The notes under the pieces are model-generated. The model saw only the letters and a list, made by a program, of their open reading frames with translations. It had not been told where the DNA came from and ran no database searches. Positions 15,700 to 31,414 of a DNA stretch of 64,000 bases are shown piece by piece. The DNA is taken from NCBI RefSeq assembly GCF_009914755.1, contig NC_060926.1, one strand, 5' to 3'. The position numbers were made by a program, and so were the translations under genes. Position 1 is the first letter of the stretch; the number at the start of each line of letters is the position of its first letter. This stretch comes from the human T2T-CHM13v2.0 reference genome, Homo sapiens.

Positions 15700-16030
15700 C
15701 AAGTGCAGCCTGGGGCCCAGCGGCCTCAGCCCCACCTGGGAGCAGGTCGGAGATGCAGACACTCAGGCTCCCCGCAGACTGGGGAATCTGAATCTGCACT
15801 TCACCAAGGTCCCCAGGTGGTTCCTCTGCACATTCAAGCTTGAGAAGCACTGCCTTACAGCTCTTGTTCTCAACCCCAGCTGCACATCAGAATTGCCTGG
15901 GAGCTCTGACAAATCCTGACACTCAGGTTATGCCTCAGCCCAGCTGCTGGCAGTGGGACAAGGGTGTGTAATTTTTGAAGCCCCACCCTGGTGATTTTGG
16001 AATGCAGGCAGAGTAGAGAACCACGGTTCT
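15700..16030. mobile_element. Two adjacent MER5A/MER5B-like hAT fossils
   Basis: gaatctgcacttcaccaag...ttgagaagcactg, then ttctcaaccccagctgcacatcagaat...agaaccac. Confidence 0.7.
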
Positions 16031-16719
16031 AGAGGTGTATCAACACCTTTGAGTGTGACCCTCGTGTCATCAGGGGAGCCTTCAGCTGGGGCGCCATGTA
16101 TATGCAAATGGGGCTCACCCACAAGGACAAGGAGCTGCCACAAGCTTGGTTTCTGCACCATCCAGGCGATGGAAGCCACTCATGGCCAACGAGTGTTTTC
16201 CGGGTCTGTGACCTGGTGTGGAAGCTGGGCACACAGCATCATGGCGGGGAGAGGAGGGAGTCTCTGAAGTTGATCCAGTCCACTTCTGAGAGGTGCCTCT
16301 TCCAACACAGGCTTAAGGCAGCCCAGGAAGACCCAGCCTCTAATTGTTTAGGCTGCACTCAGAAGGCCTGGACAACTGGAGTTCCCTGGGAAGGGGCATG
16401 ATGCTTTCTAATCCTGGGGGAGGACCTGGGAACAGTAGAGTTGATGGGACTAAAACACAACATGGTTGCTGTGTGGGGGCACCTGGTTCCACGTCCCATA
16501 CGACAGTCTCCAGAACAAAAGGTTTTCCTTTGAGTCACTGAAGGCCAAATAAAGGAGAATGGAGGGACTGCAGCCTCCTAGAAATGGGAACTCAGCCGGG
16601 CGACTAAAGGCCACTTAGGCTGCATTTCACTTGAAACCAGTGGTGAGGCAGCAGCTCTACTCAGGGCACTACTGAACAGAGGGGACCACTCCTCCAGCAG
16701 GGCTAGAAATTGTGATCAC

Positions 16720-17130
16720 CCAGGAATTCAGTTAGCCAGACTCTTAATACATAGTATGGCCCAAGACAGAAACTGCAGACATGGCCCAGGCCTAAGCCAG
16801 TCAATGTAGTTCTATCCCCTGGCAAGAGTGGCTGTTTCAGGGACAGGTATGTGACTGGTTTCAGGCCCAGGAGAGTGAAGCTCATGGATTTTCAGAATTG
16901 TTGCAAGAGAATATTTCTTTTCTGCTGGGCCTGGGAAAATGAGAGTCTATGAAGGAAGGAAGCACCGCACAATGAAGAGAGGAAAAGCAAATGCCTCTGG
17001 GGACTCTGTTGGGAGTCCTGGATCCAGCTATTCCTGAAGCTAGCTAGCTGTGATTTTCCAGATGAGCCATAAAACCTGTCTCTCTGGTTTTTTTAAAGCC
17101 AAACAAGCCTCATCTGCAACAGAAAGAGTC
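16720..17130 (+). mobile_element. Old MaLR LTR (MLT1J/K/L-like)
   Basis: cctggatccagctattcctgaagct and tgcaacagaaagagtcc 3' motifs. Confidence 0.6.
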
Positions 17131-18139
17131 CCAACTCATTCCCTGAGCAAACAGGGGCTGGCTGAGTGATGTCAAACCATTTGAACCCCCCGATTCCACA
17201 CGGAATGCTTTGTTTGGTTCCATTTTTAGATCTGTAGAACAAAGGGGCTTGGGATACTTTCAGGACTTTCAGTGACAGCCAGGACAGGCTGAGGCAATCT
17301 CTAAGGCAGGTATCAGTAGAAGCAGCATCTGTTTGTTGTGGATTCACAGGGTAGAGGGATGACCCCTTTGTATCAGGGTGACTTTTCAACAGCTCAGTAA
17401 CCAGCAGAATAAGCAAACCTCAAGCTTTGGCCCATCCCCTGCACGTGCCCAGTGTGATCTGATGGCCACACTTCTCCTGCCAGGTGGGAAAGAACCTAGC
17501 AAAGGATGAAGCGTCTTAGAGTGAGACAGACATAGGCAGACCCAGGTAGTGGCAGCAAGGTCCTTGGATAGAAAGAGCTACAAGTGGTGTTTGGGAAAGG
17601 AAGCCTTTGGATGTCTCATACAGTATTCTGTGCCCATTGGGAGCAGGGGCGGGGTGCCCTAGGGCAGGGCAGGTCACCAAAAACAAAAGAGACCACAAGA
17701 CAGAAGGCTCCATGCCAACCCAGGGTGACTGGCACAGAGCTGGGAGGATGGAGGTCTTGTTGGCATGGAGGAACAGTGGTGTTTCTCCCATCCACATGCC
17801 TAGGCACCACAATCCACCTCCCAGAACTTGGGTGCTGGAGGCTGGAAGAAACACCAGGCTGGGTGGGATTAAGATGGCAGGCAGTCAGCCCTAGGGGCTC
17901 AAAGCATAAACAAGGCTGAAAGTTCTCAGGCGCCTGCACTGCTGGCCTGAGACCTGCACCTGGAAAGCTCAGCCTGGAGTCATGTACGTATCAGGTGCTC
18001 GGCAAGGGGCAGCAGCATATTGCTCCCACTGGTTCCCTGGCCCGTTGGGAAGAGCGTGTTTGTATAAAGCTAACACAGCCAGTGCAACGAACCAGAGATG
18101 ACAAATTTCTACCATCCAGAGAATAAACCCGAGCCCGGG

Positions 18140-18300
18140 TAGAACAGAAGTAACTCCAAGTTCTGTCTTTACTGGAGCCCTGGTGTTGCTTAACAGCCTG
18201 GGCCTAGTAAGTTTCTCACCTATCAAAAGGGGAAAACAAGGCCTGTCATCCAGGCTGTTGTTTAGGACCGAATGAGATGATGTAATGTACAAAGGAGGGA
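18140..18300 (+). mobile_element. MIR fragment
   Basis: agtttctcacctatcaaaagggg...ggctgttgtttaggaccgaatgagatgatg. Confidence 0.55.
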
Positions 18301-18989
18301 TGAAGCTAATGGCAGGGATTATTGCTCACTGTTATTTTTGGCATCTCTCAAAATGCAGCACATGGGCACCCACCCACACCACCTCCAGACAGACCTGCTC
18401 TGGCTGTCCCGTCCTAACTCACTGGGATTCAGAAATAGTGCCGCCCACAGGAGCTGATCGGTGGCTGGGAAGCGGCGTGTGTTGGGGGGATGGGGCAGGA
18501 GCGGGGCAGCAGACCCACAGGTGCCCCACCCACCTGGAGATACGGGCCAGTAGAGGGCATGAGGGGGGCGGCACGGCAGAGCCTGGTGCTAAGGAGGCCT
18601 GGAAGCAAAGGCAAACACCTGCCCCTGCCTGCCACAGACCAGCAGCACTGAGTCCAAGAGGGAGCCTGGATCAGCAGCAATCTCCTACACTGGCCAAATA
18701 ACTCAGGGGCCTGCACAGCTCACACAGTCAGGAGAAAGGGCTCAACACAGAAGGACAGGGAGGGCAATAGCCAGATATTGCCAAGTACCTATCACACTCT
18801 CTGCACAGGTCTTCAGAGAAGAAACATGCAGGGCTGGAAGCAGGTAAAATAGAGTAAGGTGGTGGGGCTGGACCTGAACCCCACCCTCTTCCACAGTGAC
18901 AGAGCCAGGCAGCAGGACATCCCTGCCCATCACTGCCACCTGACCCAACTCCAGTGGACAGAGGATTGCATGGATGATCCTATATACAC

Positions 18990-19342
18990 AAAATTGTTAG
19001 GTCCCCTGCCTAAAATTCACGTGTTGAAACCTAATCCCCAGTGCAATGGTATTAGGAGGTGGGACCTTTGGCAGGTGATTAGGTAATGAGGGTGGAGCCC
19101 TCACAAATGGGATCTGTGCCCTATAAAAGGGACCCCAGAGTGTTCCCTCACTCCTGCTATGTGAGAACACAGAGAGAAGACAGCTGTCCATGAACCAGGA
19201 AGGGGACTCTTGCCAGACACCAACCTGCCAACGCCTTCATCTTGAACTTTTTGGCTCCCAGAACTGTGAGAAAGGCACTGCTGTTGTTTGTGAGCCGCCC
19301 AGTTCATGGTATTCTGTTAGAGCAGCCTGACAGGACTGAGAC
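18990..19342 (+). mobile_element. MaLR LTR (MLT1A-like)
   Basis: aaattcacgtgttgaaacctaatcccc, gtgattagg..gagggtggagccctc, cagaactgtgagaaa, ggtattctgttagagcagcc. Confidence 0.88.
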
Positions 19343-19394
19343 CTATCCCCACCTGCAGGCACCTGAAAAACAGGAGGATGGACTTGGGCCTTCC

Positions 19395-19772
19395 AGAGAG
19401 TGCAGTCAGATCCTGTGCCTGCTTCTTCAAACCTTGGAACAAGTGACCACTGAGTCAGCTTCAGCTCAAAAGGAAGGTAGCAAGAGGGTGCAGGGCATAG
19501 AAAGGTGTAGGAGTGTGGAAGGGTGTGTATCTATGGCAATTAGGCATCTGTACCATGGGACCATCAGAAGAAGTCGAAGCTCAAATACAGGGGCTGTGGT
19601 TCATAGAGATGATCCAGTCTAGACAGTGACTGAAATCTGCTGCTGGGGCCAATTCCTCAGCAACTATGAAGGGTGCGTGAGACGTAAGGCTTGGATAATA
19701 TGGGATCGGAACTCCTGACTTCATATCAGTACCCTGTACTAGGCTGATTTAAAGGTCTCTCTTTTAACTTAT
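19395..19772 (+). mobile_element. Possible L3/CR1 3' remnant
   Basis: Weak resemblance, e.g. ctaggctgatttaaaggtctctcttttaact vs the CR1 3' end. Confidence 0.3.
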
Positions 19773-21521
19773 GCCGAGGAGCTGCTAAACCAAGGGGGAG
19801 GATGTTGGTGGGAAAAGCTACTGCATTTTTTTTCCAGTTTTGTTATGGTGGTAAAATACATAGCAACTGCATTTTTAAAGTTTCTCAGCAGAAATAAATA
19901 ACAGCCAAAAGCCATAATGATGCTGTTGGATGCTAATGTTTACCATTCAGAATGAAATAACTGTCATGAAAATATGACTGACAGGGTGTGGTATGAACTT
20001 AAAAAAATAAGCTCAATAAAACTGCACAAGGGGATAATAGAAAATGCAGATGAAAATATGGCCTTCAGAGGCTCAGAATCTCAGAGGTGGTAAAAACTGG
20101 AGCTCTCACTTGGCAACCAACCAACCATTTTTCAAGCAATGGAACTGAGATTGACAGGTTCTGCAACTTGCCTCAGGACACAAAGTGAATGAGTGACAAA
20201 ACTGATCTCTCTTGGTTAATCAAATATGATGATATCAAACATTCAATGTGATTCAAAACACTTTAAATAATAAAACCAAAAGCAAGTGACATCAGCAAAA
20301 ATGACAGAATAAGGATCTCCAAAAACTCTCTCCCCCATGAAAATAATGAGAAAACTGGTTAAAAAAAAAAAGGTCAGAATGAACTTTGTCAGAACTCTGG
20401 AAATTAATGCAATAATTCAGGGAACATTTATTTGAGATAAACAGCCAAATCTCGGTAAAATTAGTGAGCTCTACAGCATTTTAGCTTGCCATATTTCACT
20501 ACCCTGCTCTCTAGTTCCATGGCAGCCTTGACAACCAACAGCTTCCTAATAACTGTATAAACCAGCAGCCTGGCAGCTGCTGGAAGGGGACAACTGGGTT
20601 GAAGATTCTTCAAAGCTTCATTCTCAGAGATTTGTCATTAATTGACCTGGCTGGTGGTTCCCTGAAAAACCTCACTTGCAAGAAGGAAAACCCACTATGA
20701 CCTGAGTCAGAAGTCACCCAGTGTGAAAAGCCTTTTCTCTCCCACTGAGGTGCTTGCTGAAGACAATTACCGGCAAATATTTAACTTCACAGCTGCCTGA
20801 GGAAGTGAATAACAGTTGGGGCAAACAACAGATTGTCTAAAAAGCTTGCAAGGAAGCTCAGCATATCCCTGGGTATCTAGAATATCACCTGCGCATATAC
20901 TCAGGGAAGGCCTGAGAAGGCCCTAACTAAGCTCTCAAGGCTGATCTTGAGATTCTGCACAAATAGGAAGAGAGGGTTTAGACAGAGTCATCAACTGCCT
21001 GGTTGAGTGTTGAAAGGAGTGTCCCAACATGCACACAGAGATTTCAGCAAATATTGGGAGGTTTACTAGTTCTAAATGTTTAAGAAAATCTCAGTCTGAT
21101 CATTAGCTGATTGCTAAGCCAACTAGGCAGAGACTTCAGTGGCCACACATGACAAAAATATAAACCTTACAGAATTAGTTCAGAAAAGTCAATAAACAAA
21201 GAACAACAACAACAAACCCTAGGGAGAGAGAAAGAATCTAATATTCTAAGTTGCCACATTATATTTTTAAAATTTTCAGCAAAAAATTACAAGATATAAG
21301 AAGAAACAAGAAAATATGGTCCACATATAGGGAGCCCAGTCAGATCTGCTAGACAAAGAACTTAAATAAATTCTTTTAAATATTTTCAAAGAATCAAGAA
21401 AACATATATAAAGGAGAGTATGAGAATGATGCCTCATCAAATAGACAATACACATAAGGAAAAATTTTTAAAGAGAACCAATAGAAGGTCTGGAGTTGCA
21501 AAGTACAATTACTGAAATTTA

Positions 21522-21925
<404 letters not shown>

Positions 21926-22358
21926 AGAAAAATGAACAGAGCCTCAAAGACCTTGGGGTAGGATACCACTGAGCATACAACGTGTACACTGAGAGCCACA
22001 GAAACGGAGGAAAGAGAAAGGTGCAGAAAGAATATTCAAAGAACTAGTAACTGAACACTTCCAAAATTTGAGGAAAACACGACCCATTCAAGAAGCTTGA
22101 TGACCTTCAAGGAGGATAAACTCAAAGAGATCGACACCTAGACATATCATAATCAAACAGTCAAGCCCAAAGACAAAGAGAGAATCTGGAAAGCTGCAAG
22201 AGAGAAGTGACTTATCACATATAAGATAAAATTAGTAACTGATTTATCATGAAAAGTTATGGATGCCAGAAGGCACTGAGATGAACTATCCAGGCTGAAA
22301 GAGAAATACTGTGGACCAAGAACACTATATCCAGCAAAACTACCCTTCAAAAATAAAA

Positions 22359-22530
22359 GGAATGGGGAGAAATTGCTTAACGAGTATAGAGTTTTCTTTT
22401 GGGGTGAAGAAAATGTTTTGGAACTAGATACATGTGGTGGTTGTACAACACTGTAAATGCACTGTCACTAGATCATTCAGTTTAAGATGATTAATTTTAT
22501 GTTACATGAATTTCACCTCAATTTTTAAAA
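22359..22530 (+). mobile_element. L1MB-like 3' end inserted in the L1M relic
   Basis: gagttttcttttggggtgaagaaaatgttttggaactagata...gaatttcacctcaattttt. Confidence 0.8.
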
Positions 22531-23288
22531 GAAGGGAAAATTAAGACATTCCAAGATAAACAAAAACCATAGAGAAATTAGCACTAGCAAACCTGTCTTA
22601 CATGAAATGAGCATTGAACAGTAATCCAAATCCAAATGAAAGAATAAAGAGTACTAGTTAAGGCAATTACATGGGTAAAAATAAAACATAGTATAAATAT
22701 ACTTTTGTTTGTAATTTTTTCCTTCTAATTTAAAAGACGACTGTGGAAAGTAATAGCTATAAATCTGTGTTAATGAGCATATAAAGACATAATGTGTATA
22801 ACAACAGCACAGAAAAGGGAGGAGGGAATAGACATATGTAAGAGCAAAGTTTTTGTATATTATTGAAATTAAGTTGGTATTAATCCAGACTAGATTGTTA
22901 TTAATTAAGATGCAATCTGAAACCCCCAGGGCAATTACTAAGAAAATAACTAAAAAAATGGTAGAAGAAATGGCAAGGGAATTAAAATGGTACACTAGAA
23001 AATATCTGTTGAACATCAAAGGAGCAATGGAGGAATAGAGACACAAAAAAGACATGAAATGTACAGAAACCAAAGGGCAAAATGGCAGATGTAAATCCCA
23101 CCTTATTAAAAATTATGTTAAGTAAAAATCACTCAAATACTCCAATTAAAAGGCAGAGGTTAATAGAATAAAATTTTAAAAAGATCTACATCTATGCTGT
23201 ATACAACAGACACATTTAAATTCAAAGACACAAATAGGTTGAAAGTAAAAGAATGGAAAAAAATATATACTATGAAAACAGTAACCAA

Positions 23289-23816
<528 letters not shown>

Positions 23817-25186
23817 TTAAGATAAAAATTACTACAGACAAAGTGGGAAATTGTATAATGACAAAAGTACCAATGAATCAAGATTAAATAACCACACACA
23901 TATGTGCATCTAATATCAGAGGCCAAAAATACATGAAGCAAAGCTGACAAAACTGAAGGAAGACAGCAGTAATAGTTGGAATCTTCAATACCCTACTTCA
24001 ATAATTCATAGAAAAATTAAACATAAGATCAATAAGGAAATAGGAGACTTGAAAAGCATGCTACGCCAACTAGACCTAGCAGACATCTATAGAATACTCA
24101 TCCAGTAATAGCAGAATTCACATTCTTCTCAAAGGCACATGGAACATTATCCAGGATAGACCATCTCTCAGGTCATAAAATAAGTCTCAACAAATTTTTG
24201 AAAATTTAAATCATGCAAGGTATGTTCTCCAACCACAACAGAATTGTTAGAAATCACTAACAAAAGAAATTTGAGAAATTCACAAATAGATTGAAATTAA
24301 ACAACACACTCCTAAATAACCAATGGATCAAAGAAGAAATCATAAGAGAAGTAGAAAATACTTTGATATTAATAAAAACAAAACCACCACATACCAATAT
24401 TTATGGTATGCAGTTAAAACAATGCTTGCAAGGATATTTATAGCTGTAAGTGACAATGTTAAAAAAGAAGAAAAGTCTCAAATCAATTACCTAAACTTCC
24501 ACTTTGAGGAATCAGAAAAAGAGCAAGAGAAACTGAAAGCAAACAGGAGAAAAACAATAATAAAGATTAGAGAAGAAATTAATAAAATTGAGAGTAGAAA
24601 AACAAAGAAAACTAACAAAACCAAAAGTTAGTTCTTTGAAAAGACCAATGAAATCAACAAACCTTTAGTTAGACTGACCAAGAAGAAAGGAGAGAAGGCT
24701 CAAATTACGGAAATTAAGAATGAAAGAGGGGACATCACTACCAACATTACAGAAATAAAGATGATAAGAAAATAATACAAACAATGGCATGCCAACAAGC
24801 TAGATAACCTAAATGGTCAAATTTCTAGAAAGACACAAACTACCAAAACTGACTAAAGAAGGAATAAAAATTATGAATGGACCAAAACAACCGAAGAGAT
24901 TGAATTAAGACTTTTAAAACTTCCCGCAAAGAAAAGCCAAGGCTCAGGTGGCTTCTACCAGATAAATTCTACTAAATGTTTAAAGAATAGTACAAATTAT
25001 GTATCCCTTATCCAAAATGCTTGGGATCAGAAGTGTTTCAGAGTTAGGGGTTTTCCAGATTTTTGAATATTTTACATTATATATACCAGTTAAGCATTCC
25101 AAATCCAAAAATCCTAAATCTGAAATGCTGCAATGAGCATTTCATTTGAGCCACATGTCGATGCCCAAAGCATTTGAAACTTTGGG

Positions 25187-25832
<646 letters not shown>

Positions 25833-25886
25833 AAACTTTGGAGCTTTTTGGGTTTCAGAATTTTGGATTTGGGATGGTCAACCTGT

Positions 25887-25997
25887 AATGGGTACATGGT
25901 TTCTTTTTGGGGTAATGAAAGTGTTCTGGAATTAGATAGTATTGATGGTTCACAACCTTGTTTGGGGATATGTTAATTATATGTCAATTATTTTAAA
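25887..25997 (+). mobile_element. L1M 3'UTR terminus
   Basis: ggtttctttttggggtaatgaaagtgttctggaattagatagt. Confidence 0.75.
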
Positions 25998-26189
25998 AGT
26001 AGAGAGGAGGAAGTGAAACAATAGCAATCTAAGACAGTTATAACAATGTAAATCCTGGATATTTTTTTTCTTTCTTATTTGGTCAAGTTGAACATAATTT
26101 GGAAGGCTGTATACAAATCATAAGCCCTTTACATTTTTTGTCCTAAAAGTATGTGACTTTCTATTTTATTTATTTCAAACCTTTTCCAC

Positions 26190-27240
26190 ATTGTGAAAGC
26201 TTTCAATAAAGTTGGAAGGCATGAGTCAGACTAGGAGGAAGTATATATAACATATACAATAAAGGGTGTCTGCGTGACTGTATCCATCCTTGATTTATAA
26301 AGAGGTCCTATAAAGCAGTATGAAAAATGGTAAAAATTCAATTGAAAAGTAGGCAAAGGACATGTAAAAACAATTCACATGATAGCAAATTCAAAATGGG
26401 CAATCCTACTGAAAACTAAATGTAACAATCAGACTCCTGGAAATTTAAGAAGGTAGACACTACTCAATTGGCAGAGTATGAGAAATAGGCATGCCAACAT
26501 ACTGCTTGTAGGAGTAAAAAAATCATATACCTTTCTTGGACAGCCATTTGGCAATTTCTATCAAAATCTTAAAAGTACTCATCCTTTGACCAGGCAATTC
26601 CACCTCTGGGAATCTATTCTACAGAAATATTCACAGAGGCAAATGTAGATAAATGAATAAATATATTCCCAGCAGTCAGGTTTGTATTAAAAAATTATAC
26701 ATATCATAAATATTCCTTGGTAAGAGAATGATTAGCTACTAAAGGGTAGCTAAAAGAAATGAGGTAGATCTATTTATGGACATAGAAGTATCTATAAAAT
26801 ATATTGTAAATTAAAAAAAAAAGATCCGAGCAGGCCAGGCGTAGTGGCTCACACCTGTAATCCCAGCACTTTAGGAGACTGAGGTGGGCGGATCACTTGA
26901 GGTAAAGAGTTCGAGTCCAGACAGTCAACATAGTGAAACCCCATCTCTACTAAAAATACAAAAATTAGCCGGGTGTGGCGGCAGGCACCTGTAGTCCTAG
27001 CTACTCCGGAGGCTGAGGCAGGAGAATCGCTTTAACCCAGAAGGCAGAGGTTGCAGTGAGCCAAGATCACACCACTGCACTCCAGCCTGGGCGAAAGAGT
27101 GAGGCTCAGTCTCAAAAAAAAAAGAAATAAAATAAAATTTTTTTAAAAATGATCTGAGGAAAACATGCATATATACAGTATGATTTTATTTTTGGAAAAA
27201 AACCCTAAACCCTAATATGCATATTATATATATGTAAATG
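26190..27240 (+). mobile_element. L1ME-like ORF2 3'/3'UTR remnant
   Basis: tttggcaatttctatcaaaat...tttgaccaggcaattccacctctgggaatctat. Confidence 0.75.
26833..27137 (+). mobile_element. AluS
   Basis: Full dimer with degenerate TSD gat(c/t)gag. Confidence 0.95.
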
Positions 27241-27703
27241 TAGCCAGTGATAGACCCAGCTGGACTCCTTACGGTGAAAGCAGAAACCCACTGCACCCTT
27301 CCTCACACTCTTACTAAACTCACTCTGTGGCCCTGCTCTGCCTCTCCGAGGGACCTCAGCCACAGATTTTTTTGGTTTCTCTGATACCTGGGCCTGGCCT
27401 CTCCACCGCCAGCTCACAAATCCCTGGCCGGCTCCCGTGTGGGGAGCCTATACCCTGACATCACCCCTTGCAGGAGCATCTTCGGCCCAGAAAGGCCCTT
27501 CCCAGGTGCCCTCAGCCTCCAGGCACAGCAGCAGGGAGCGGGGCACAGGGAGGGAAATGGGCTCCCTGCACCATTCTCCAAGGTAATCCTCTCCACCTGA
27601 AAGTGCACCTCTGTAGCAGGCTGGAGGTCTGCCTTCACCACATCATGGGACAAGGAGCTGTCTGATGCTACCAAACTGTCCTCAGTCAAGAGAAGGAACC
27701 CTA

Positions 27704-27994
27704 TTTTTTTTTTAGACGGAGTCTCGCTCTGTTGCCCAGGCTGGAGTGCAGTGATGCGATCTCAGTTCACTACAAGCTCCGTCTCCTGGGTTCACGCCAT
27801 TCTCCTGCCTCAGCCTCCCAAGTAGCTGGGATTACAGGTGTCCATCACCACACCTGGCTAATTTTTTGTATTTTTTAGTAGAGACGGGGTTTCAACATGT
27901 TAGCCAGGATGGTCTCGATCTCCTGACCTCGTGATCTGCCCTCCTCGGCCTCCCAAAGTGCTGGAATTACAGGCATGAGCCACTGCGCCCCGCC
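27704..27994 (-). mobile_element. AluY
   Basis: AluY diagnostics caagctccg, gggttcacgccattc and ttagccaggatggtctcgatctc. TSD gaagga(a/g)ccctatttt. Confidence 0.95.
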
Positions 27995-28319
27995 TGAAGG
28001 AGCCCTATTTTCATATCCTGCTGTGTAAACATATCAAAAAGATCTGGAAGGATACACAATGGCTTTATCTCTGGGGAAGGGATTATATCTTTTTACTTCT
28101 ATTGCTTCTGTAGTGTATTTTCCCCCAATTACATCATGTAATTAAGCGATAGTTAAAAAGAAGGAAGTCTCCCACGTCTATTTCTGTCCCCCTCATTTTG
28201 AACAGGTTGTCTTTTACTGAGGAAATCCATGCCGTCAGGGGTAGCCCAGTCAGGGCATAAGAATCAGCAAATACTTATGATCGCATCCACACGAACGCCC
28301 GTGCACCACACAGTGGAGA

Positions 28320-28437
28320 CCCTGGGTGCCACCCCCAGAGGCGCTGACTGAATTCACTGGGCATGGGCGTGGGCATCAGGCTGTGTTCAAGCTCCCCAGG
28401 AGATTCCGAGGGGCAGCCAGGGTCAAGAAGCAATGGG
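28320..28437. mobile_element. MER5B-like fragment
   Basis: aagctccccaggagattcc..gcagccagggtcaagaagca. Confidence 0.5.
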
Positions 28438-29221
28438 CTTGCTCCTCTCAACAGGGCCCAGAGCACACTCAGCTACTCCGTGCCTGCACTCACCTCCCCT
28501 ACACACCACTTCCTCTTCCTCCGCCAGTGGCGCTGGCTATATAGTTCGAATCAGCAATGCTTCTGCTTAAGCTCTGATTCAAGACACTTCTTTCCAAGCG
28601 GAAAGCGATATTTTAGGTATAGGGGGAGGGAAAGCAGAGTGGGAAGAGGGTGAGAACACCCCCTCCCATCACATCTCCATAAATGATTTGGCTGCGAAGT
28701 CACCCTGAAGGAGAGAGATGGCTCAGGAGAGGCCACATGAGGAAGAGCGTCAATGTGAATTAGCGCACAGAAGCAACAACACAACCACACCACATAAAAG
28801 CAGCATGAACCTGAGAGGCTGGGCAGAGTGGCCATATAAAATAGCCGGAGATGTGATTTCCCAATGTACGATGGAAAATCCTCGGAGTTACCTAAAGTCA
28901 CGCACAGAGGGGTGCGGGGCGGGCCCTCCTGGCCCAGCACTGGTGAGTGGGTGGCAATCTGTGTAGTGAGAGAAGTGAGGCCAATATATTTATATATACG
29001 CAATGAGAAAACAGGCAAGAAACGGTGTGGGGAAAGAAGCTCTGAGAACCTTCTCCAACAGCCTCAACTCCTCAGCCTCTGTCCTCTCCCTGGATGGCAT
29101 CTGGAGATCATGTCCCGTGGTTTAACACACTTATTTTCAAGTATGTCAACAGTTATGATCTCCCTAAGCAGAATGTAAGCAAATCCGAAGACAGTGACCT
29201 GCACCTAGATGTCACTGATTA

Positions 29222-29535
<314 letters not shown>

Positions 29536-29579
29536 TATTCCTGTTGGTGGCTGGCTCTGGGATCTCATAGATGCCTCTG

Positions 29580-30150
29580 TCCATTCATCAGAAAATTTGT
29601 CCTCAGCAGCTTCTAGCTACAAGCACCATGCTAGGTGCCTAGGATACAACAGTGACAACAGAGGGAGGGCCTTGATGGCAAAGATCTTATAGCCTAGATC
29701 TAGAATTATGACACACACAGTGGGGCAGGTGCTGGGATAGAAGGATTGGTGGTTTTGAGGGCAGGAAGGACGGACGCTCAGCTTGGAAGACAGAACTAGG
29801 CTGAAGTTGGACAGGTGAACGGAAAACATACCAGACAAATACGGTGCGTGGGAAGGAGGGAAAGAACAGGGAAGACGAGATTCCAGGTCCAGGGAATGGC
29901 AGATGTAGAGGCCCGGAGGCAGGGGGGAACATAACCTGCTCAAGGCCCTGGAAGAAATTCAGTATCACTGAAGTTTTGAGAGCTGGATTAGGGTGGGGAA
30001 GGGAACTAAGTAGAGGGGGCTAGATGATTCCAGAACATTACACCATGCTAAGGTGTTTGGATTCTATTCTAAAGGTAATTAAAGCACGGCAAGATTTTAG
30101 TCAGAGGATCTCATGATCAAATTCAACTGTGAGGAAGATCCATCCCCTTG
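29580..30150 (-). mobile_element. L2 fragment
   Basis: catgctaggtgcctaggatacaacagtgac, attccagg..gggaatggcag and ggattctattctaaagg. Confidence 0.7.
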
Positions 30151-30160
30151 GTTACAGGGT

Positions 30161-30487
30161 TGCTATGGTCTGAATGTTCATGTCCCCTCAAAATTCGTGT
30201 GTTGAAATCTTAACCCCAAGCTGATGGCTTTAGGTGGTGGAGGCTCTGAGAGGTGATTAGGTCATGGGGCTGGGGCCTTCATGAATAAGATAAAAGAGAA
30301 CCCAGAGAGCTCGCTTGCCCCTTCCACCATGAGAGGACACAGCAGGAAGGTGCTACCTACGAACCAGAAAGTGGATTCTCACCAGATACTGAATCTGCTG
30401 GCGCCTTGATCTAGGACTTCCGGCCTCCAGGACTGTGAGCAAACAATCTCCAGAAGTTTGTTACACCAACTCAAATGGACTAAGACA
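30161..30487 (+). mobile_element. MaLR LTR (MLT1A0-like)
   Basis: tgctatggtctgaatgt start and ggactaagaca end. Confidence 0.9.
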
Positions 30488-31127
30488 GGGCAGAACCGGG
30501 AGTGGGGGGCTGTGGCAGGAGGGCTGGCTGGTGGCATGGGACAGGAGGAGTAGGCCAATTTGAGGACAGAACACACAGGACACGGTGCCTGAAGCAAGGC
30601 CAGGAAGTGAGGAGAAGACACGGCAAGCATGCACCCAGGTTTCACATGCGGGCATGAGAGTGGATGGTGGAGTCCCTCGCTGAGACAAGACACAGCTGTG
30701 CTGGGGAGAGTTTTGGACACATGCATGACTTCAGACAAGAAAATATTTCAGAGGAATAAATCAAGAGCTGAACAGGAATAACTCTTCTAAATTCATCAAT
30801 TTCATATAAACAAACATATTCATATAAATAGTCTCAAAAGGAAATAAATCCTGAGAGTGGCCCAAAAAAAATCCACCCAAACCTGTGCCCTACATTCACC
30901 TTAAGGGGCAAGTCTGGGGCAGAGCTGCAAACTCCACAATCTTTTATGCAGCAGAGGAAACCAGACTGTGACCTTCAGGGAGTCCTGACAGCTGCTGTCG
31001 GCAGAATGATTGACACTCACAACATGGAAGTGAGCCCTAGGCTGGGGATGTGTTTAAACCTCAGCACAGAACCAACACCCTGCGTCTGGAGGGAGGGCTG
31101 GGGTCTGAGCCTGTTGTCAGTGACTAC

Positions 31128-31328
31128 CAAGCTTGTCCAACCTATCTTACTTTGTTGTTGTTGTTCTGTTTTGTTTTCTTTTAGGCTTTTAGCAGCCTGA
31201 AGCCATGGTTTTTAGTTTCTGTCTCTAGCGATAAGTGGAAAAGAGGGATGAGGAAGGGGCTTTACTAGACCAGCCAGAAATAGAAACTAAGAACCCATGA
31301 CTGTACTCTCTCTCCCTTGGACACCCCG
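31128..31328 (-). mobile_element. MER107-like hAT element
   Basis: Termini caagcttgtccaa and ttggacacccc, with internal gcagcctgaagccatggtttttagtttctgtctctag. Confidence 0.75.
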
Positions 31329-31414
31329 GGCAGGCATTGCTCACCCTTCTGGAAATATTTTGCCTTATTTCTAAAGGATAGCACCATAAATCGGCCTTGG
31401 GTTTGACATACAAG

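Noticed and set aside
24323-24631. ORF with real protein homology
   Set aside because: It is a fragment of dead L1 ORF2, bounded by stops and frameshifts, not a host gene.
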